A stretch of 64,000 bases of DNA, from the NCBI GenBank assembly GCA_947085095.1, contig CAMTVD010000001.1:1-64000 (forward strand), in the 5' to 3' direction. The notes under the pieces were generated by a model. That model was not told where the DNA came from, did not search any database, and saw only the letters and a list, made by a program, of their open reading frames with translations. Of this stretch, positions 20,342-32,786 are shown in pieces. This DNA comes from an uncultured Thermus sp. (GTDB lineage: Bacteria > Deinococcota > Deinococci > Deinococcales > Thermaceae). The position numbers and the translations under genes are program-made. Numbering within the stretch: position 1 is the stretch's first letter; each line of letters begins with the position of its first letter.

Positions 20342-21526
20342 TTACCACCTCAAGAGCGCGGCCATGCCTCCGCGCTCAAGAAGCCTCCTTTCGGCCTCGC
20401 CGCGCACGAACTCCAGCTTGGCCGCATACCCGCTGGCGAGCTCGGGAAGGACCAGGGCCAGGGGCTTTTCCTCCGGCTTTTCGCAGGAGCCCAGGGCCTG
20501 GGCCTCCTCGGCCAGGTAAAAGCCGGAGCAGGCGTAGACCTTCCCATTCAGGTGCCAGGGAAGGACCCAGAGCTCCACCCGGCCCTCCTGCACCCGCTCA
20601 AGGACCTCGGGGCCGAAGGCCGCCTTGGGGTAGGCCTCCTCCAGCTCCTCCAAAAGCTTCACCTCCGCCTGGCGCTCCAGCTCCGCCAAGACGGGCTCCA
20701 GGCGCTTCAGGACCTCGCCGGGGCTCGCCCCGGGGTGGGGCAGGGAGGGAAGCTCCGCCACCACCTTCTCCTTGAGGCGCTTGGGCAGGTAGCCCAGGAA
20801 GAGCTTGGTGTGCTCCTCCGGCCCCATGAGAACGATCCGGGTGAAGCCCCGCTCCTCCTGGTGTTTTTCCAGGTCCTGCGCCAGGATTTTGTAGAAGCGC
20901 TCCTCCCAGGCGGCCAGGCGCTTGGCGAAGAGGTCCTGCCCCGCCCCGCCCCGGGAGATGCCCGAGAGGTTGAAGCGGCGCCCGGGAGCGTCCAGGGAGA
21001 GGCGGCGCCAGGCCTCGGTGTCCAGGGCTAAAAAGGCGTCCTTGACCTCGGCGATCTCGCCCAGGAAGATCTCAAAGACCCGCCATTTCTCCTGGTCCAG
21101 GTAGACCACGCCGTAGCGCTCGTACTCGTCCAGGGCGTAGACCAGGGGCAGGAGGAAGGGCTCCCCATAGTGGGCCAGGGCCCCGTCGGTGAGGAGGCGG
21201 CTTTCCTTTTCGTCCAGGAAGGCGGTATTGACCCCGCTCACCAGGGGAAGCTCCACCTGGAGAGGGAAGAGTTCCAGGCGCTTTTCATTGGCGAAGAGGG
21301 CCAGGGTCTTGGCCTGGACGACCTCGTGCTTCAGAAGCTCCAGGACCCTTTCCGCCAGGGCCTCGGGCACGGAGAGGGCCTTCATGGCGTCCTTGGCCCT
21401 TAGGGCGTAGGCCCTATTGGCGTTTTCCGGCTTGGCCGGGTTCAGGTCCAGGTAGAGGGAGAGGACAGGGGGCTGTAGGTCCTTTAGGGTCTCCTTGATG
21501 CGCCGGACTTCCTCTTTGCCAATCAT
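20342..21526 (-). CDS. Bacterial aeRF1-like protein (baeRF1/VLRF1 type; Balon-like candidate)
   Basis: VLSLYLD N-terminus, RIVLMGP middle domain, C-terminal GGMAALLRW typical of eRF1/pelota domain 3; GGAGQ instead of canonical GGQ. Confidence 0.75.
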   Translation of the reverse strand: MIGKEEVRRIKETLKDLQPPVLSLYLDLNPAKPENANRAYALRAKDAMKALSVPEALAERVLELLKHEVVQAKTLALFANEKRLELFPLQVELPLVSGVNTAFLDEKESRLLTDGALAHYGEPFLLPLVYALDEYERYGVVYLDQEKWRVFEIFLGEIAEVKDAFLALDTEAWRRLSLDAPGRRFNLSGISRGGAGQDLFAKRLAAWEERFYKILAQDLEKHQEERGFTRIVLMGPEEHTKLFLGYLPKRLKEKVVAELPSLPHPGASPGEVLKRLEPVLAELERQAEVKLLEELEEAYPKAAFGPEVLERVQEGRVELWVLPWHLNGKVYACSGFYLAEEAQALGSCEKPEEKPLALVLPELASGYAAKLEFVRGEAERRLLERGGMAALLRW

Positions 21527-21912
21527 GGACCACCTCCTAGGAGGGCCACCACCTTGCGGATGGTCTCCTGGTTGAGCTTCTCTTCCTGTCCTAGCCGGGT
21601 GAAGAGGGCCTCGAGGCCGGGGTCGGGCAGGGTGCTCTCCAGGTAGTAGGCCCGGTCCAGCCCCTCCTCGCTGAGGAGGCGGAGGAGCCCCTCCCACCCC
21701 ACCTCCTCCACCTTGGGGGAAGGGGGGAGGGGGGCCTTCAGGCGGCGGAGGGCCTCGGCCAAGGCCTCCGCGTGGGCCCGCTCCCTTCCCGCCACCTCCA
21801 GGAGGAGGGCCTTGAGGTGGGGATAGGGCACCCCCTCTGCCGCCTTCTCCGCCCTAAGGGCGTCCAAAAGCTCGTCCTGGTAGGCTTTTTGCAGCACCTC
21901 CACCACCTGCAT
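21523..21912 (-). CDS. Ferritin-like domain protein
   Basis: Four-helix pattern with AYQDE and ERAHAE (ExxH). Confidence 0.7.
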   Translation of the reverse strand: MQVVEVLQKAYQDELLDALRAEKAAEGVPYPHLKALLLEVAGRERAHAEALAEALRRLKAPLPPSPKVEEVGWEGLLRLLSEEGLDRAYYLESTLPDPGLEALFTRLGQEEKLNQETIRKVVALLGGGP

Positions 21913-21924
21913 ACCTCCTCCTTT

Positions 21925-24489
21925 CTAGGCCACGAGGGGTTGGGCGGCCTGGAAGGTGAGGCCCAAGGGCCCCCGGTCCACCACCAGCCGGTCCCCCTCC
22001 TTGACCTCCCCGGCCAGGAGCTTCTGGGCCAGGGGGGTCTCCAGCTCCCGCTGGATGACCCGCTTCAGGGGCCTGGCGCCGAAGACGGGGTCGTAGCCCC
22101 TTTCCGCCAGGAAGTCCTTGGCGGCCTCGCTGAGCTCCAGGGTGATGCGCTTCTCGGCAAGCCGGGCCCTGAGGTTGGAGAGCTGGATCTCCACGATCTG
22201 GCGGATCTGCTCCCGGGAGAGGGGCCGGAAGACCACGATCTCGTCCAGCCGGTTCAGGAACTCGGGGCGGAAGTGCTTCTGCAGGACGGCGAAGATTTCC
22301 TCGCGGATTCTCTCGTAGGGGAAGCCCTTCTGGATGCCCTCGAGGATGAGGGGGCTTCCCAGGTTGGAGGTGAGGATGATGACGGTGTTGCGGAAGTCCA
22401 CGGTGCGCCCGTGGCTGTCGGTGAGGCGGCCGTCGTCCAGGATCTGCAGGAGGATGTTGAAGACGTCGGGGTGGGCCTTTTCGATCTCGTCAAAGAGGAT
22501 GACGGTGTAGGGCCTGCGCCGCACCGCCTCGGTGAGCTGGCCCCCCTCCTCATAGCCCACGTAGCCGGGCGGGGCCCCGATGAGGCGGCTGACGGCGTGC
22601 TTCTCCATGTACTCCGTCATGTCAATGCGCACCATGGCCTCCTCGGTGTCAAAGAGGGTGGCGGCCAGGGTCTTGGCCAGCTCGGTCTTGCCCACCCCCG
22701 TGGGGCCCAGGAAGAGGAAGCTCCCGATGGGCCGATTGGGGTCCTTGAGCCCGGCCCGGGCCCGGCGGATGGCGTCGGCCACCGCTTTGATGGCCTCCTC
22801 TTGGCCCACCACCCGCTTGTGGAGCTCCTCCTCAAGCCTGAGGAGCTTCTCCCTTTCCCCTTCCAGAAGCTTGGCCACGGGGATCCCCGTCCAGCGGGAG
22901 ACGATCTCGGCGATGTCCTCCTCGGTGACCTCAAGCCGCACGAAGCGGGCGTTCTTGAGCCTCTCGGAGAGGGCCTCCACCTCGGCCTCGAGGCGGGGAA
23001 GCTCCCCGTAGCGGAGCTCCGCGGCCCGGTTCAGGTCGTACTGGCGCTCGGCCAGCTCAATCTGCCGCCTGACCTCGTCCAGGCGGTGCTGGGCCTCGCG
23101 GAGTTTCTTGAGGATCTCCCTCTCCGCCTCCCACTCCGCCTTCAGCTTCGCAATCTCCTGGGTGAGCTCGGCGATCTCGGCCTCTATGGCCTTGAGGCGC
23201 TCTAAGGAGTCGGGGTCCTTCTCCTTCTTCAGGGCCTCCCTTTCGATCTCCAGCTGGAGCTTCTTCCGCTCCAGGGTGTCTATCTCCTCGGGGGCGCTCT
23301 CCAGGGCCATGCGAAGCCGGGCCGCCGCCTCGTCAATAAGGTCAATGGCCTTGTCGGGGAGGCGCCTTTCCGTGATGTAGCGGTGGGAGAGGACGGCCGC
23401 CGCCACCAGGGCAGGGTCGGCGATGCGCACCCCGTGGTGCACCTCGTACTTCTCCTTGATGCCCCGGAGGATGGAGATGGTCTCCTCCACGCTGGGCTCG
23501 TCCACGTACACGGGCTGGAAGCGCCGCTCCAGGGCGGGGTCCTACTCAATCTCCCGGTACTCGTCCAGGGTGGTGGCCCCGATGAGCCTGAGCTCTCCCC
23601 GGGCGAGAGGAGGCTTCAGCATGTTGCCGGCGTCCACCGCCCCCTCGGCCTTGCCCGCCCCCACCACGGTGTGGAGCTCGTCAATGAAGAGGATGATCTC
23701 CCCTTGGCTCCCCACCACCTCTTGGATCACCGCCTTCAGGCGCTCCTCAAACTCGCCCCGGTACTTGGCCCCGGCCAGGAGGGAGCCCATCTGCAAGGAG
23801 ATGATGCGCTTGCCCTTGAGGCCTTCGGGCACGTCCCCCTTGACGATGCGCTGGGCCAAGCCCTCCACGATGGCGGTCTTGCCCACCCCGGGCTCCCCGA
23901 TCAGGACGGGGTTGTTCTTGGTGCGCCGGAGGAGGATCTGGATGGTGCGCCTTATCTCCTCGTCCCGGCCGATCACCGGGTCCAGCTTGCCCTGGGCGGC
24001 CAGAGCGGTCAGGTCAATGCCGTACTGCTCCAGGGCGTTGTAGGTGCTCTCCGCGTGTTCCGTCTGCACAGTCTTACCTCCTCTAAGTTCCCAAAGGGCT
24101 TTCTTCAGGGGCTCGAGGCCGGGGAGGCCCGGCGTGGCCTCGGCGAGGGCCAGGACCAGGGTGTCCAGGGCCACGAAGCGGTCCTTGAGTTCCTCCATCA
24201 GGGCCTCGGCCCTGCCGAAGACCCCGGAAAGCCGCGCTGTCAAGTACTGCCCGCCCTCGGCCCCCTCCACCTTGGGGAGGCGGGCAAGCTCCCGCTCCAT
24301 GAGCTCCTTCAGGGCCTTGGGATCGGCCCCAGCCTTTTCCAGAAGCCGCCAGGGGAGCCCTGCTGGGTCCTTCAGCAAGACAACCCAAAGGTGCGGAGCA
24401 TCTATAGCCTGGTGCTGAAGCTTCCGGGCCAGAACCTGGGCCTGGGCCAGGGCTTCCCGTGCGGCTTGGGTCCAGCGTTCCAGGTTCAT
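21925..24489 (-). pseudogene. clpB: ClpB disaggregase interrupted by an in-frame TAG at 23542-23544
   Basis: Two ORFs in the same frame; GEPGVGKT and GPTGVGKT Walker A motifs; conserved [16 protein letters not shown] reads [15 protein letters not shown] (AAG to TAG). Confidence 0.9.
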
Positions 24490-24512
24490 CCCCACCTCCT
24501 CGCTCGCAACTT

Positions 24513-24550
24513 ATCATATCACTTAACATGTGCATTGTCAAGTTTGTTGA
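24513..24550 (-). promoter_or_regulatory. Dedicated clpB promoter with HAIR-like operator
   Basis: Minus strand TTGACA-N17-TATGAT; imperfect palindrome CTTAACA-N7-TGTCAAG at 24522-24542. Confidence 0.75.
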
Positions 24551-24642
24551 TAGAAAAAGCAAGGGCAGAAAAAGGAAGCAGAGGGGTTAGGGGTGCTACC
24601 TTAAAGCGATTGTAGGGAGAAGGGAGGGGGAAGGATGTCCCC

Positions 24643-24879
24643 TCAGCGGCGCTCCAGGATCTCCACCACCAGGGCCGCCCCGATGAGGTTGGCCCCCAGG
24701 TCCTTGCGGATGCGCTCCGCCTTGGCCATGCGCAGGAGGTCGGACCGGCGGAAGTACCAGGTGCCTTCCGCCTCCAAAGGCTCCACGAAGCCGATCTCCA
24801 CATAACCCCGCACGGCGCTTAAGGAGAGGCCGTACTCGGTTAGGGCCTCCAGGGAAAGCCATTCGCTAGGCGCGAGCAT
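24643..24879 (-). CDS. dafA: DnaK-DnaJ assembly factor (MerR-like, CbpM/HspR related)
   Basis: 78 aa; [30 protein letters not shown] matches recalled Thermus DafA; located after dnaJ. Confidence 0.9.
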   Translation of the reverse strand: MLAPSEWLSLEALTEYGLSLSAVRGYVEIGFVEPLEAEGTWYFRRSDLLRMAKAERIRKDLGANLIGAALVVEILERR

Positions 24880-25696
24880 GGTACGCCTCCGCCAGTTTCT
24901 GCCAGAGGGCCTCCTCCTCCGGGGTGGGGCGCTCGGGGATGGTGAGGCGGACCTCCAGGTAAAGGTCCCCGCGCCCCCCGGGGCCGGGGAAGCCCTTGCC
25001 CTTCAGCCGTAGCTTCCGCCCCGCCTGGGTCTTTGGGGGAATGGTGACCTCCACCGGGCCCTCCAGGGTCATGGCCCGCACCCTTCCCCCCACCACGGCG
25101 ATGGGGGCGGGGACGTCCAGGGTGGCGTAGAGGTCCTTGCCCTCCAGCCGGAAGCGGGGATGGGGGAGGAGGCGCACGGTGAGGAGGAGGTCCCCCGGGG
25201 GCTCCCCCGCCCCCCCCATGCCCGGGACCCGGAGGGTGGCCCCGTCCTGCACCCCGGGGGGGATGCGCACGGAGACCCGCCTTCCCCCCACCTCCAGCAC
25301 CTTCTCCCCGCCGTGGAAGGCCTCCTCGAGGCTGAGGGGGAGCTCCGCCCGCACGTCCCGCCCCCGACGGGTGCGGCGGGCGCCACCAAAGAGCCCGCCC
25401 CCAAAGAGCTCCTGGAAGAAATCCGAGAAGTCCTCCACCTCAAAGCCGGAGAAGTCGTACCCTCCTGGAGGCGGGGGAGGGGGTGGAGTGGTGGTGCCGT
25501 AGGTGTCGTAGATCTTGCGCTTCTCGGGATCGGAGAGGACGGCGTAGGCCTCGTTGATCTCCTTGAACCTCGCCTCCGCCCCCGGGCTCTTGTTGACATC
25601 GGGGTGGTACTGGCGGGCCAGGCGCTTGTAGGCCCTTTTGATCTCCTCCTGGGTGGCGTTTTTAGGGACGCCCAGGATGGCGTAGTAGTCCTTCAT
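24866..25696 (-). CDS. dnaJ: DnaJ chaperone (no zinc finger)
   Basis: J-domain with HPD, poly-Pro linker, G/F region, C-terminal domain. Confidence 0.95.
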   Translation of the reverse strand: MKDYYAILGVPKNATQEEIKRAYKRLARQYHPDVNKSPGAEARFKEINEAYAVLSDPEKRKIYDTYGTTTPPPPPPPGGYDFSGFEVEDFSDFFQELFGGGLFGGARRTRRGRDVRAELPLSLEEAFHGGEKVLEVGGRRVSVRIPPGVQDGATLRVPGMGGAGEPPGDLLLTVRLLPHPRFRLEGKDLYATLDVPAPIAVVGGRVRAMTLEGPVEVTIPPKTQAGRKLRLKGKGFPGPGGRGDLYLEVRLTIPERPTPEEEALWQKLAEAYHARA

Positions 25697-25699
25697 GGC

Positions 25700-26239
25700 T
25701 CACTCCACCCCGGCTTCCTCCTCGGGTTTCTCCTGGCCCACGGCCACCCGGGCGGGGCGCACCAGGCTCTCCCCCAGGCGGAAGCCCCTTTGGAAGACCT
25801 TGGCCACCTTGCCGGGCTCCCCGGGGAGGAGGCCGATGGCCTCGTGGTACCGGGGGTCAAAGGGCTTTCCTTCCCCTGGGACCTCCTCCACCCCGAGCCC
25901 AACCAGGATACGGAAAAAGCCCTCCCGCACCGCCCGAACTCCCTGGAGGATGCTCTCCGGGTTGGCGTGGGCGAACTCCAGGGCCCGGTCCAGGTCGTCC
26001 AGGACGGGGAGGAGGGCCCTGAGGGCCTTGAGGGTTCCTTCCCTTTCCCGCGCCCCAAGCTCCTCCTCCATGCGCTTGCGGTAGTTGTCAAAGTCGGCCA
26101 GGAGGCGGAGGTACCGGTCCTTGAAGGCGCGAAGCTCCTCCTCCGCCTCCTTGAGGCGGGCCTCCAGGGCCTCCGCCTCCCTCTCCATCTCCTTTAGGTC
26201 TTTCTCCAGGGCGTTTTCCCCCAGGCTCCTCTCCTCCAT
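25700..26239 (-). CDS. grpE: Nucleotide exchange factor GrpE
   Basis: ADFDNYRKR, FDPRYHEA, RPARVAV. Confidence 0.95.
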   Translation of the reverse strand: MEERSLGENALEKDLKEMEREAEALEARLKEAEEELRAFKDRYLRLLADFDNYRKRMEEELGAREREGTLKALRALLPVLDDLDRALEFAHANPESILQGVRAVREGFFRILVGLGVEEVPGEGKPFDPRYHEAIGLLPGEPGKVAKVFQRGFRLGESLVRPARVAVGQEKPEEEAGVE

Positions 26240-26264
26240 GCCTTCCTCCTTGAGGGGTCGGGGC

Positions 26265-28115
<1,851 letters not shown>

Positions 28116-28134
28116 AACCTCACCTCTCCCACCA

Positions 28135-28189
28135 AGCATAAGCCAAGCCATAGAAACATGTCAAGAGAGTTGAGCGTGTTTATGTCATG
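28135..28189 (-). promoter_or_regulatory. dnaK promoter with adjacent HAIR-like site (also upstream of divergent ftsH)
   Basis: Minus strand TTGACA-N18-TATGCT; plus strand GTTGAGC-N7-TGTCATG at 28169-28189. Confidence 0.6.
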
Positions 28190-28240
28190 GTGCCCTGGAC
28201 TACCCAGGAACCCTTCCCGCCGTGTACCCTAAGGAAAGAC

Positions 28241-30115
28241 ATGTCCCGGCTTCCCCTGAACTTTCTGGTGTTCGTCCTGGGCCTGCTCCTCCTGGCCTGG
28301 GCCTTCAGCCTGGCGGGGACCACGGGGGGCTCCAGCGGCACGGTGAACTACACCACCTTCCTCGAGGACCTGAGGGCGGGCCGGGTGAAGGAGGTGGTGG
28401 TGCGCTCCGGGGATACCCGCATCCAGGGCACCCTCACCGACGGCTCGGGCTTCACCACCCACGCGGCCAGCCCCCCGGACAACGCCACCCTCGAGGCCTG
28501 GATGCGCCAGGGGGTGAGCGTGCGGGTGGAACCTCCCCAGACCCAGAACGCCCTGGGCTTCCTCTGGCCCCTCCTCCTGGTGGGGCTTCTTCTGGGGGCC
28601 CTCTTCTACTTCTCCCGGGCCGGACGGACCGGGCCTTCCGATGGGGCCTTCAGCTTCACCAAAAGCCGGGCCAAGGTCCTCACCGAGGCCCCCAAGGTTA
28701 CCTTCAAGGACGTGGCCGGGGCCGAGGAGGCCAAGGAGGAGCTCAAGGAGATCGTGGAGTTCCTGAAAAACCCCGGCCGCTTCCACGAGATGGGGGCCCG
28801 CATTCCCAAGGGGGTCCTCCTGGTGGGCCCCCCGGGGGTGGGCAAGACCCACATCGCCCGGGCGGTGGCCGGGGAGGCGCGGGTGCCCTTCATCACCGCT
28901 TCCGGCTCGGACTTCGTGGAGATGTTCGTGGGGGTGGGGGCGGCCAGGGTGCGGGACCTCTTTGAGACCGCCAAGCGCCACGCCCCCTGCATCGTCTTCA
29001 TTGACGAGATAGACGCCGTGGGCAGGCGGCGGGGAAGCGGCGTGGGGGGCGGCAACGACGAGAGGGAGCAGACTTTAAACCAGCTCCTGGTGGAGTTGGA
29101 CGGCTTTGAGAAAGAATCCACTATCATCGTTATGGCCGCCACCAACCGTCCGGACGTCCTGGACCCGGCCCTTTTGCGCCCGGGCCGTTTTGACCGCCAG
29201 GTGGCCATAGACGCTCCCGACGTGAAGGGCCGGGAGCAGATCCTGAGGATCCACGCCCGGGGCAAGCCCCTGGCCGAGGACGTGGACCTGGCCCTCCTGG
29301 CCAAGCGCACCCCCGGCTTCGTGGGGGCGGACCTGGAGAACCTCCTCAACGAGGCCGCCCTCCTCGCTGCCCGGGAGGGGCGGAAGAAGATCACCATGAA
29401 GGACCTGGAGGAGGCCGCCGACCGGGTGATGATGGGCCCCGCCAAGAAGAGCCTGGTCCTTACCCAGAGGGACCGCCAGATCACCGCCTACCACGAGGCG
29501 GGGCACGCCCTGGCCGCCCACTTTCTGGAGCATGCCGACGGGGTGCACAAGGTGACCATCGTTCCCCGGGGGCGGGCCTTGGGCTTCATGATGCCTAGGC
29601 GGGAGGACATGCTCCACTGGTCCAGAAAGCGCCTCCTGGACCAGATCGCCGTGGCCCTGGCGGGGCGGGCGGCGGAGGAGCTCGTCTTTGAGGACGTGAC
29701 CACCGGGGCGGAGAACGACTTCCGCCAGGCCACGGAGCTGGCCCGGCGCATGATCACCGAGTGGGGGATGCACCCCGAGTTCGGCCCCGTGGCCTACGCC
29801 CTGCGGGAGGACACCTACCTGGGCGGGTACGACGTGCGCCAGTACTCCGAGGAGACCGCCAAGCGCATAGACGAGGCCGTGCGGGGGCTCATAGAGGAGC
29901 AGTACCAGCGGGTAAGGACCCTTCTGGAGAGAAGGCGGGAAGCCTTGGAGCGGGTGGCCGAGGCCCTCCTGGAGCGGGAGACCCTCACGGCCGAGGAGTT
30001 CCAGCGGGTGGTGGAGGGCCTGCCCTTGGAACCCCCTACTGAGCCCAAGGAGGAGAAGGAGGCGCCCCGGGTGGTGCCCAAGATCAAGCCCGGGGGGGCC
30101 CTGGGCGGGGCCTAA
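28241..30115 (+). CDS. ftsH: ATP-dependent zinc metalloprotease FtsH
   Basis: Two TM segments, GPPGVGKT, second region of homology, HEAGH zinc motif. Confidence 0.97.
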   Translation: MSRLPLNFLVFVLGLLLLAWAFSLAGTTGGSSGTVNYTTFLEDLRAGRVKEVVVRSGDTRIQGTLTDGSGFTTHAASPPDNATLEAWMRQGVSVRVEPPQTQNALGFLWPLLLVGLLLGALFYFSRAGRTGPSDGAFSFTKSRAKVLTEAPKVTFKDVAGAEEAKEELKEIVEFLKNPGRFHEMGARIPKGVLLVGPPGVGKTHIARAVAGEARVPFITASGSDFVEMFVGVGAARVRDLFETAKRHAPCIVFIDEIDAVGRRRGSGVGGGNDEREQTLNQLLVELDGFEKESTIIVMAATNRPDVLDPALLRPGRFDRQVAIDAPDVKGREQILRIHARGKPLAEDVDLALLAKRTPGFVGADLENLLNEAALLAAREGRKKITMKDLEEAADRVMMGPAKKSLVLTQRDRQITAYHEAGHALAAHFLEHADGVHKVTIVPRGRALGFMMPRREDMLHWSRKRLLDQIAVALAGRAAEELVFEDVTTGAENDFRQATELARRMITEWGMHPEFGPVAYALREDTYLGGYDVRQYSEETAKRIDEAVRGLIEEQYQRVRTLLERRREALERVAEALLERETLTAEEFQRVVEGLPLEPPTEPKEEKEAPRVVPKIKPGGALGGA

Positions 30116-30123
30116 GGGATAGC

Positions 30124-30146
30124 CCGGGGGGCCGAGCCCCCCGGGG
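30124..30146. terminator. Hairpin between convergent ftsH and hup
   Basis: CCCGGGGGG-CCGAG-CCCCCCGGG. Confidence 0.6.
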
Positions 30147-30158
30147 GAAGGGAATAGC

Positions 30159-30452
30159 CTACTTCTTGACCTTTTCCTTGAGAGCCTTGCCCGGCTTGAA
30201 GGCGGGGTACTGGGTGGCCGGGATCTTGATCTTCTCTTTGGTGCCGGGCTTCACGCCGGTGCGGGCCTTCCGCTTGCGCACCTCAAAGGTGCCGAAGCCG
30301 GTGAGCTGGACCTTGTTGCCCCCGCTCAGGGCTTCTTCCACCTTGGTCAGGAAGGCGTCCACCGCGGCCTTGACGTCCTTCTTCTTGAGGCCCGTCGCCG
30401 CCGCCACCTGGTCTACCAGATCCGCTTTGGTGATGGTTTTCTTTGCTGCCAT
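30159..30452 (-). CDS. hup: DNA-binding protein HU
   Basis: TKADLV, GFGTFEV, PAFKPGKALKE. Confidence 0.96.
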   Translation of the reverse strand: MAAKKTITKADLVDQVAAATGLKKKDVKAAVDAFLTKVEEALSGGNKVQLTGFGTFEVRKRKARTGVKPGTKEKIKIPATQYPAFKPGKALKEKVKK

Positions 30453-30574
30453 TCTTCACCTCCTTCCTCTTTTCCCTTCCGGAGGGACTATATCACAGGT
30501 CAAACCTTTATCGCAATACCCCGTCCTATTTCTACCACTATGTATAGCAATGTGTGATAGTGAAAGTATTGCCT

Positions 30575-31207
30575 CTAGAGGTACTGGGGGGGGAGAAGTT
30601 CCCGTACCCGGGCCTCTATCTCCCGGGTGAGGTTTTCCAGCTCCTGGTGGGTAACTTTGGTCTTCCTTGGAACGGGGATGGGTTCCCCGTAGACCACCCG
30701 GATGGGCTGGCGGAGGCGGAAAAGCTTCCGCCCCACGGGCCAGGCCTTTTCGGTGCCGATCACGGCCACGGGCACCACCGGGCTTCCCGTGCGGAAGGCG
30801 ATGGCGGCCACCCCGGTCTTGAAGGGGTTCAGTTTGCCGGTGCGGCTCCGGGTGCCCTCGGGAAAGATGCCGAAGGCCATGCCCTTTTCCAGGGCGCGGA
30901 TGGCGTTCTTGACGGCGGAAAGATCCCCCGCTCCCCGCTCCACGGGGATGGCGTAAAGCCGGGGTAGGAGCCAGGAGAGGAGGGGCAGGTGGAACACGTC
31001 TGCCCTGGTCAGAAAGCTTAGGGGCCGCCGGATGCCCGCGCCGATGGCGATGGGGTCCAGGATGGAGAGGTGGTTGGCGGCCAGGATCACCGGTCCCGTC
31101 TTCGGTACCTTCTCGGCCCCTTCCGTCCGGTAGCCAAAGAGGAGGTGGAGGAGGAAGCGGGCCAGGTACCAGGTGGCCCGGTATACGGGATTCGGCCTAG
31201 GCTCCAC
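30575..31207 (-). CDS. plsC: 1-acyl-sn-glycerol-3-phosphate acyltransferase
   Basis: NHLSILD and FPEGTRS motifs. Confidence 0.9.
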   Translation of the reverse strand: MEPRPNPVYRATWYLARFLLHLLFGYRTEGAEKVPKTGPVILAANHLSILDPIAIGAGIRRPLSFLTRADVFHLPLLSWLLPRLYAIPVERGAGDLSAVKNAIRALEKGMAFGIFPEGTRSRTGKLNPFKTGVAAIAFRTGSPVVPVAVIGTEKAWPVGRKLFRLRQPIRVVYGEPIPVPRKTKVTHQELENLTREIEARVRELLPPQYL

Positions 31208-31212
31208 GGGCC

Positions 31213-31893
31213 TCAGTCTAAGGCCTTTAGGGCCTTTCCCGCTTCCAGGTGGGCCAGGCGCAGGGGCTCGGGGAGGCGGAAGCGGGTGGGGAGGGCCCGG
31301 ACGAAGGCCAAAGCCTCCTCCAGGCCCACCCGGTGCCCGGGGGAGACGTACAGGGGCTTGACCCCGGCGCGGCTCCGGTAGGCGTAGCCCAGGGGCCTTC
31401 CCTCGGGGGAGAGGAGGCGGACCGCGCTTCCCCGCTCCTGGGGCAAGGGGCCTTCTGGGCGGCCATAGAGGAGGCTCTTGGCCACCCCCACGCTGGGCAG
31501 GTCCAGGTGCACCCCCAGGTGGCTGGCGATGCCCAGGCCCCGGGGGTGGGCGATGCCCTGCCCGTCCACCAGGAGGGCCTCTGGCCTTTCGGGGAGGGCT
31601 TTTAGGGCCTCCAGGTAGGCGGGGGCCTCGCGGAAGGAGAGGAAGCCGGGCACGTAGGGGAAGAGGTCTTCTTCGGGGACCACGCCTTTGCCCACGTGGA
31701 GGGGGCCCCTTTCCAGGTCATAGAGCACGGCCACGGCCACTAAGGGCTTTCCCCGCCTGTGGGCGGCGTCCAGGGCGGCGATGCGCCTGACCCCTTGGAG
31801 GCTCCCTTCCACCACCACCCTAGCGGCGAGGGCCTTTTGGATCTCTAAGGCCTCTTCCAAGCTTTTGGGATGGGGGAAGGGCGGGATTCCCAC
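31213..31893 (-). CDS. nfi: Endonuclease V
   Basis: PYVPGFLSFRE, VDGQGIAHPRGLGIASH, GVAKS, SPGH. Confidence 0.95.
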   Translation of the reverse strand: MGIPPFPHPKSLEEALEIQKALAARVVVEGSLQGVRRIAALDAAHRRGKPLVAVAVLYDLERGPLHVGKGVVPEEDLFPYVPGFLSFREAPAYLEALKALPERPEALLVDGQGIAHPRGLGIASHLGVHLDLPSVGVAKSLLYGRPEGPLPQERGSAVRLLSPEGRPLGYAYRSRAGVKPLYVSPGHRVGLEEALAFVRALPTRFRLPEPLRLAHLEAGKALKALD

Positions 31894-31894
31894 C

Positions 31895-32767
31895 CTAGCT
31901 CGCCTCCCTGAGCCTCTCCAAGACCTCCTGGTCCGAGGGGTCCACCCCGTAGAGGAGGGCCAGGTAGTAGGCGGTCCAGGCCAGGCGGTACCAGAGGGCC
32001 ATGGCCTGGGCCAGGCGGCTCCCCTCGGGCGGGGGGACCTCGGCGATGGCGTCCACCCGGGTTTCCAGGATCTCCTTGGCCAGGGCAAGGGCCTCCCCCT
32101 CGCCCAGGAGGACGGCGGCCAGGGGGTCTCCCTGCTCGTGGCGGGCCTCGAGGCCGGTGAGGAAGAACTCCAGGGCGCTAAAGGGCGGGGTTAGGGAGAG
32201 GCTTTTCCCGATGCGGGCGAAAAGGCTTTGCGCCGCCCCTTCCAGGGGGCGGAAGAAGGGGCTGTAGAACAGGGGGATCCGCTCCAGGAGGGTGTAGGCC
32301 AGGAACTTGGCGGGGTTTTCCTCCAGGGGCACCTCGGGGCCAAGCCGCCTTCTTTCCCGCAGGAGCGCCTCGTCCACCTCCTTCAGGGCCTCCTCCTGTC
32401 CCGTGGCCAGGAGGAGGAAGCGGAGGTAGCGGTAGGGGCTCAAGGGGCTTGGGGGGAGGTGGGCGTCCACGCCCGCCCGGAAGCCCACCCGCACCACCTG
32501 GGCCCTTCCCCCTTCCGCCAAGAGGCCCATGGCCGCGGCCTCCCCCAGGTCGTACCCCCCTTCCAGGAGGAAGAGGGTGCCCTCCTCCACCCACTCGGGG
32601 AGGGAGAGGAGCTCGGCGGCGAACCGCCCCTCCCCGTAGGCCAGGACCCCGTGGGGGCCAGGGTAGGCCTCCTGGGGTACGGGGCCGGTGCCCACCAGGT
32701 CCCTGAGCTCCAGGGCCAGGCCCCGGCGGTCTGAGAGATAGGTCTCCTCGCGGTCCAGGTCGCGCAT
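31895..32767 (-). CDS. Bifunctional phosphoglucose/phosphomannose isomerase-like SIS protein
   Basis: ENPAKFLA and YYLALLYGVDP of the PGI/PMI C-terminal domain; divergent from the mannose-6-phosphate isomerase gene. Confidence 0.7.
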   Translation of the reverse strand: MRDLDREETYLSDRRGLALELRDLVGTGPVPQEAYPGPHGVLAYGEGRFAAELLSLPEWVEEGTLFLLEGGYDLGEAAAMGLLAEGGRAQVVRVGFRAGVDAHLPPSPLSPYRYLRFLLLATGQEEALKEVDEALLRERRRLGPEVPLEENPAKFLAYTLLERIPLFYSPFFRPLEGAAQSLFARIGKSLSLTPPFSALEFFLTGLEARHEQGDPLAAVLLGEGEALALAKEILETRVDAIAEVPPPEGSRLAQAMALWYRLAWTAYYLALLYGVDPSDQEVLERLREAS

Positions 32768-32786
32768 ACCCCTTATGCTAACCCCG

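Noticed and set aside
23542..23544. Programmed amber readthrough (pyrrolysine-type recoding) in clpB
   Set aside because: No pyl genes or suppressor tRNA in the window; a single A-to-T change or sequencing error is simpler
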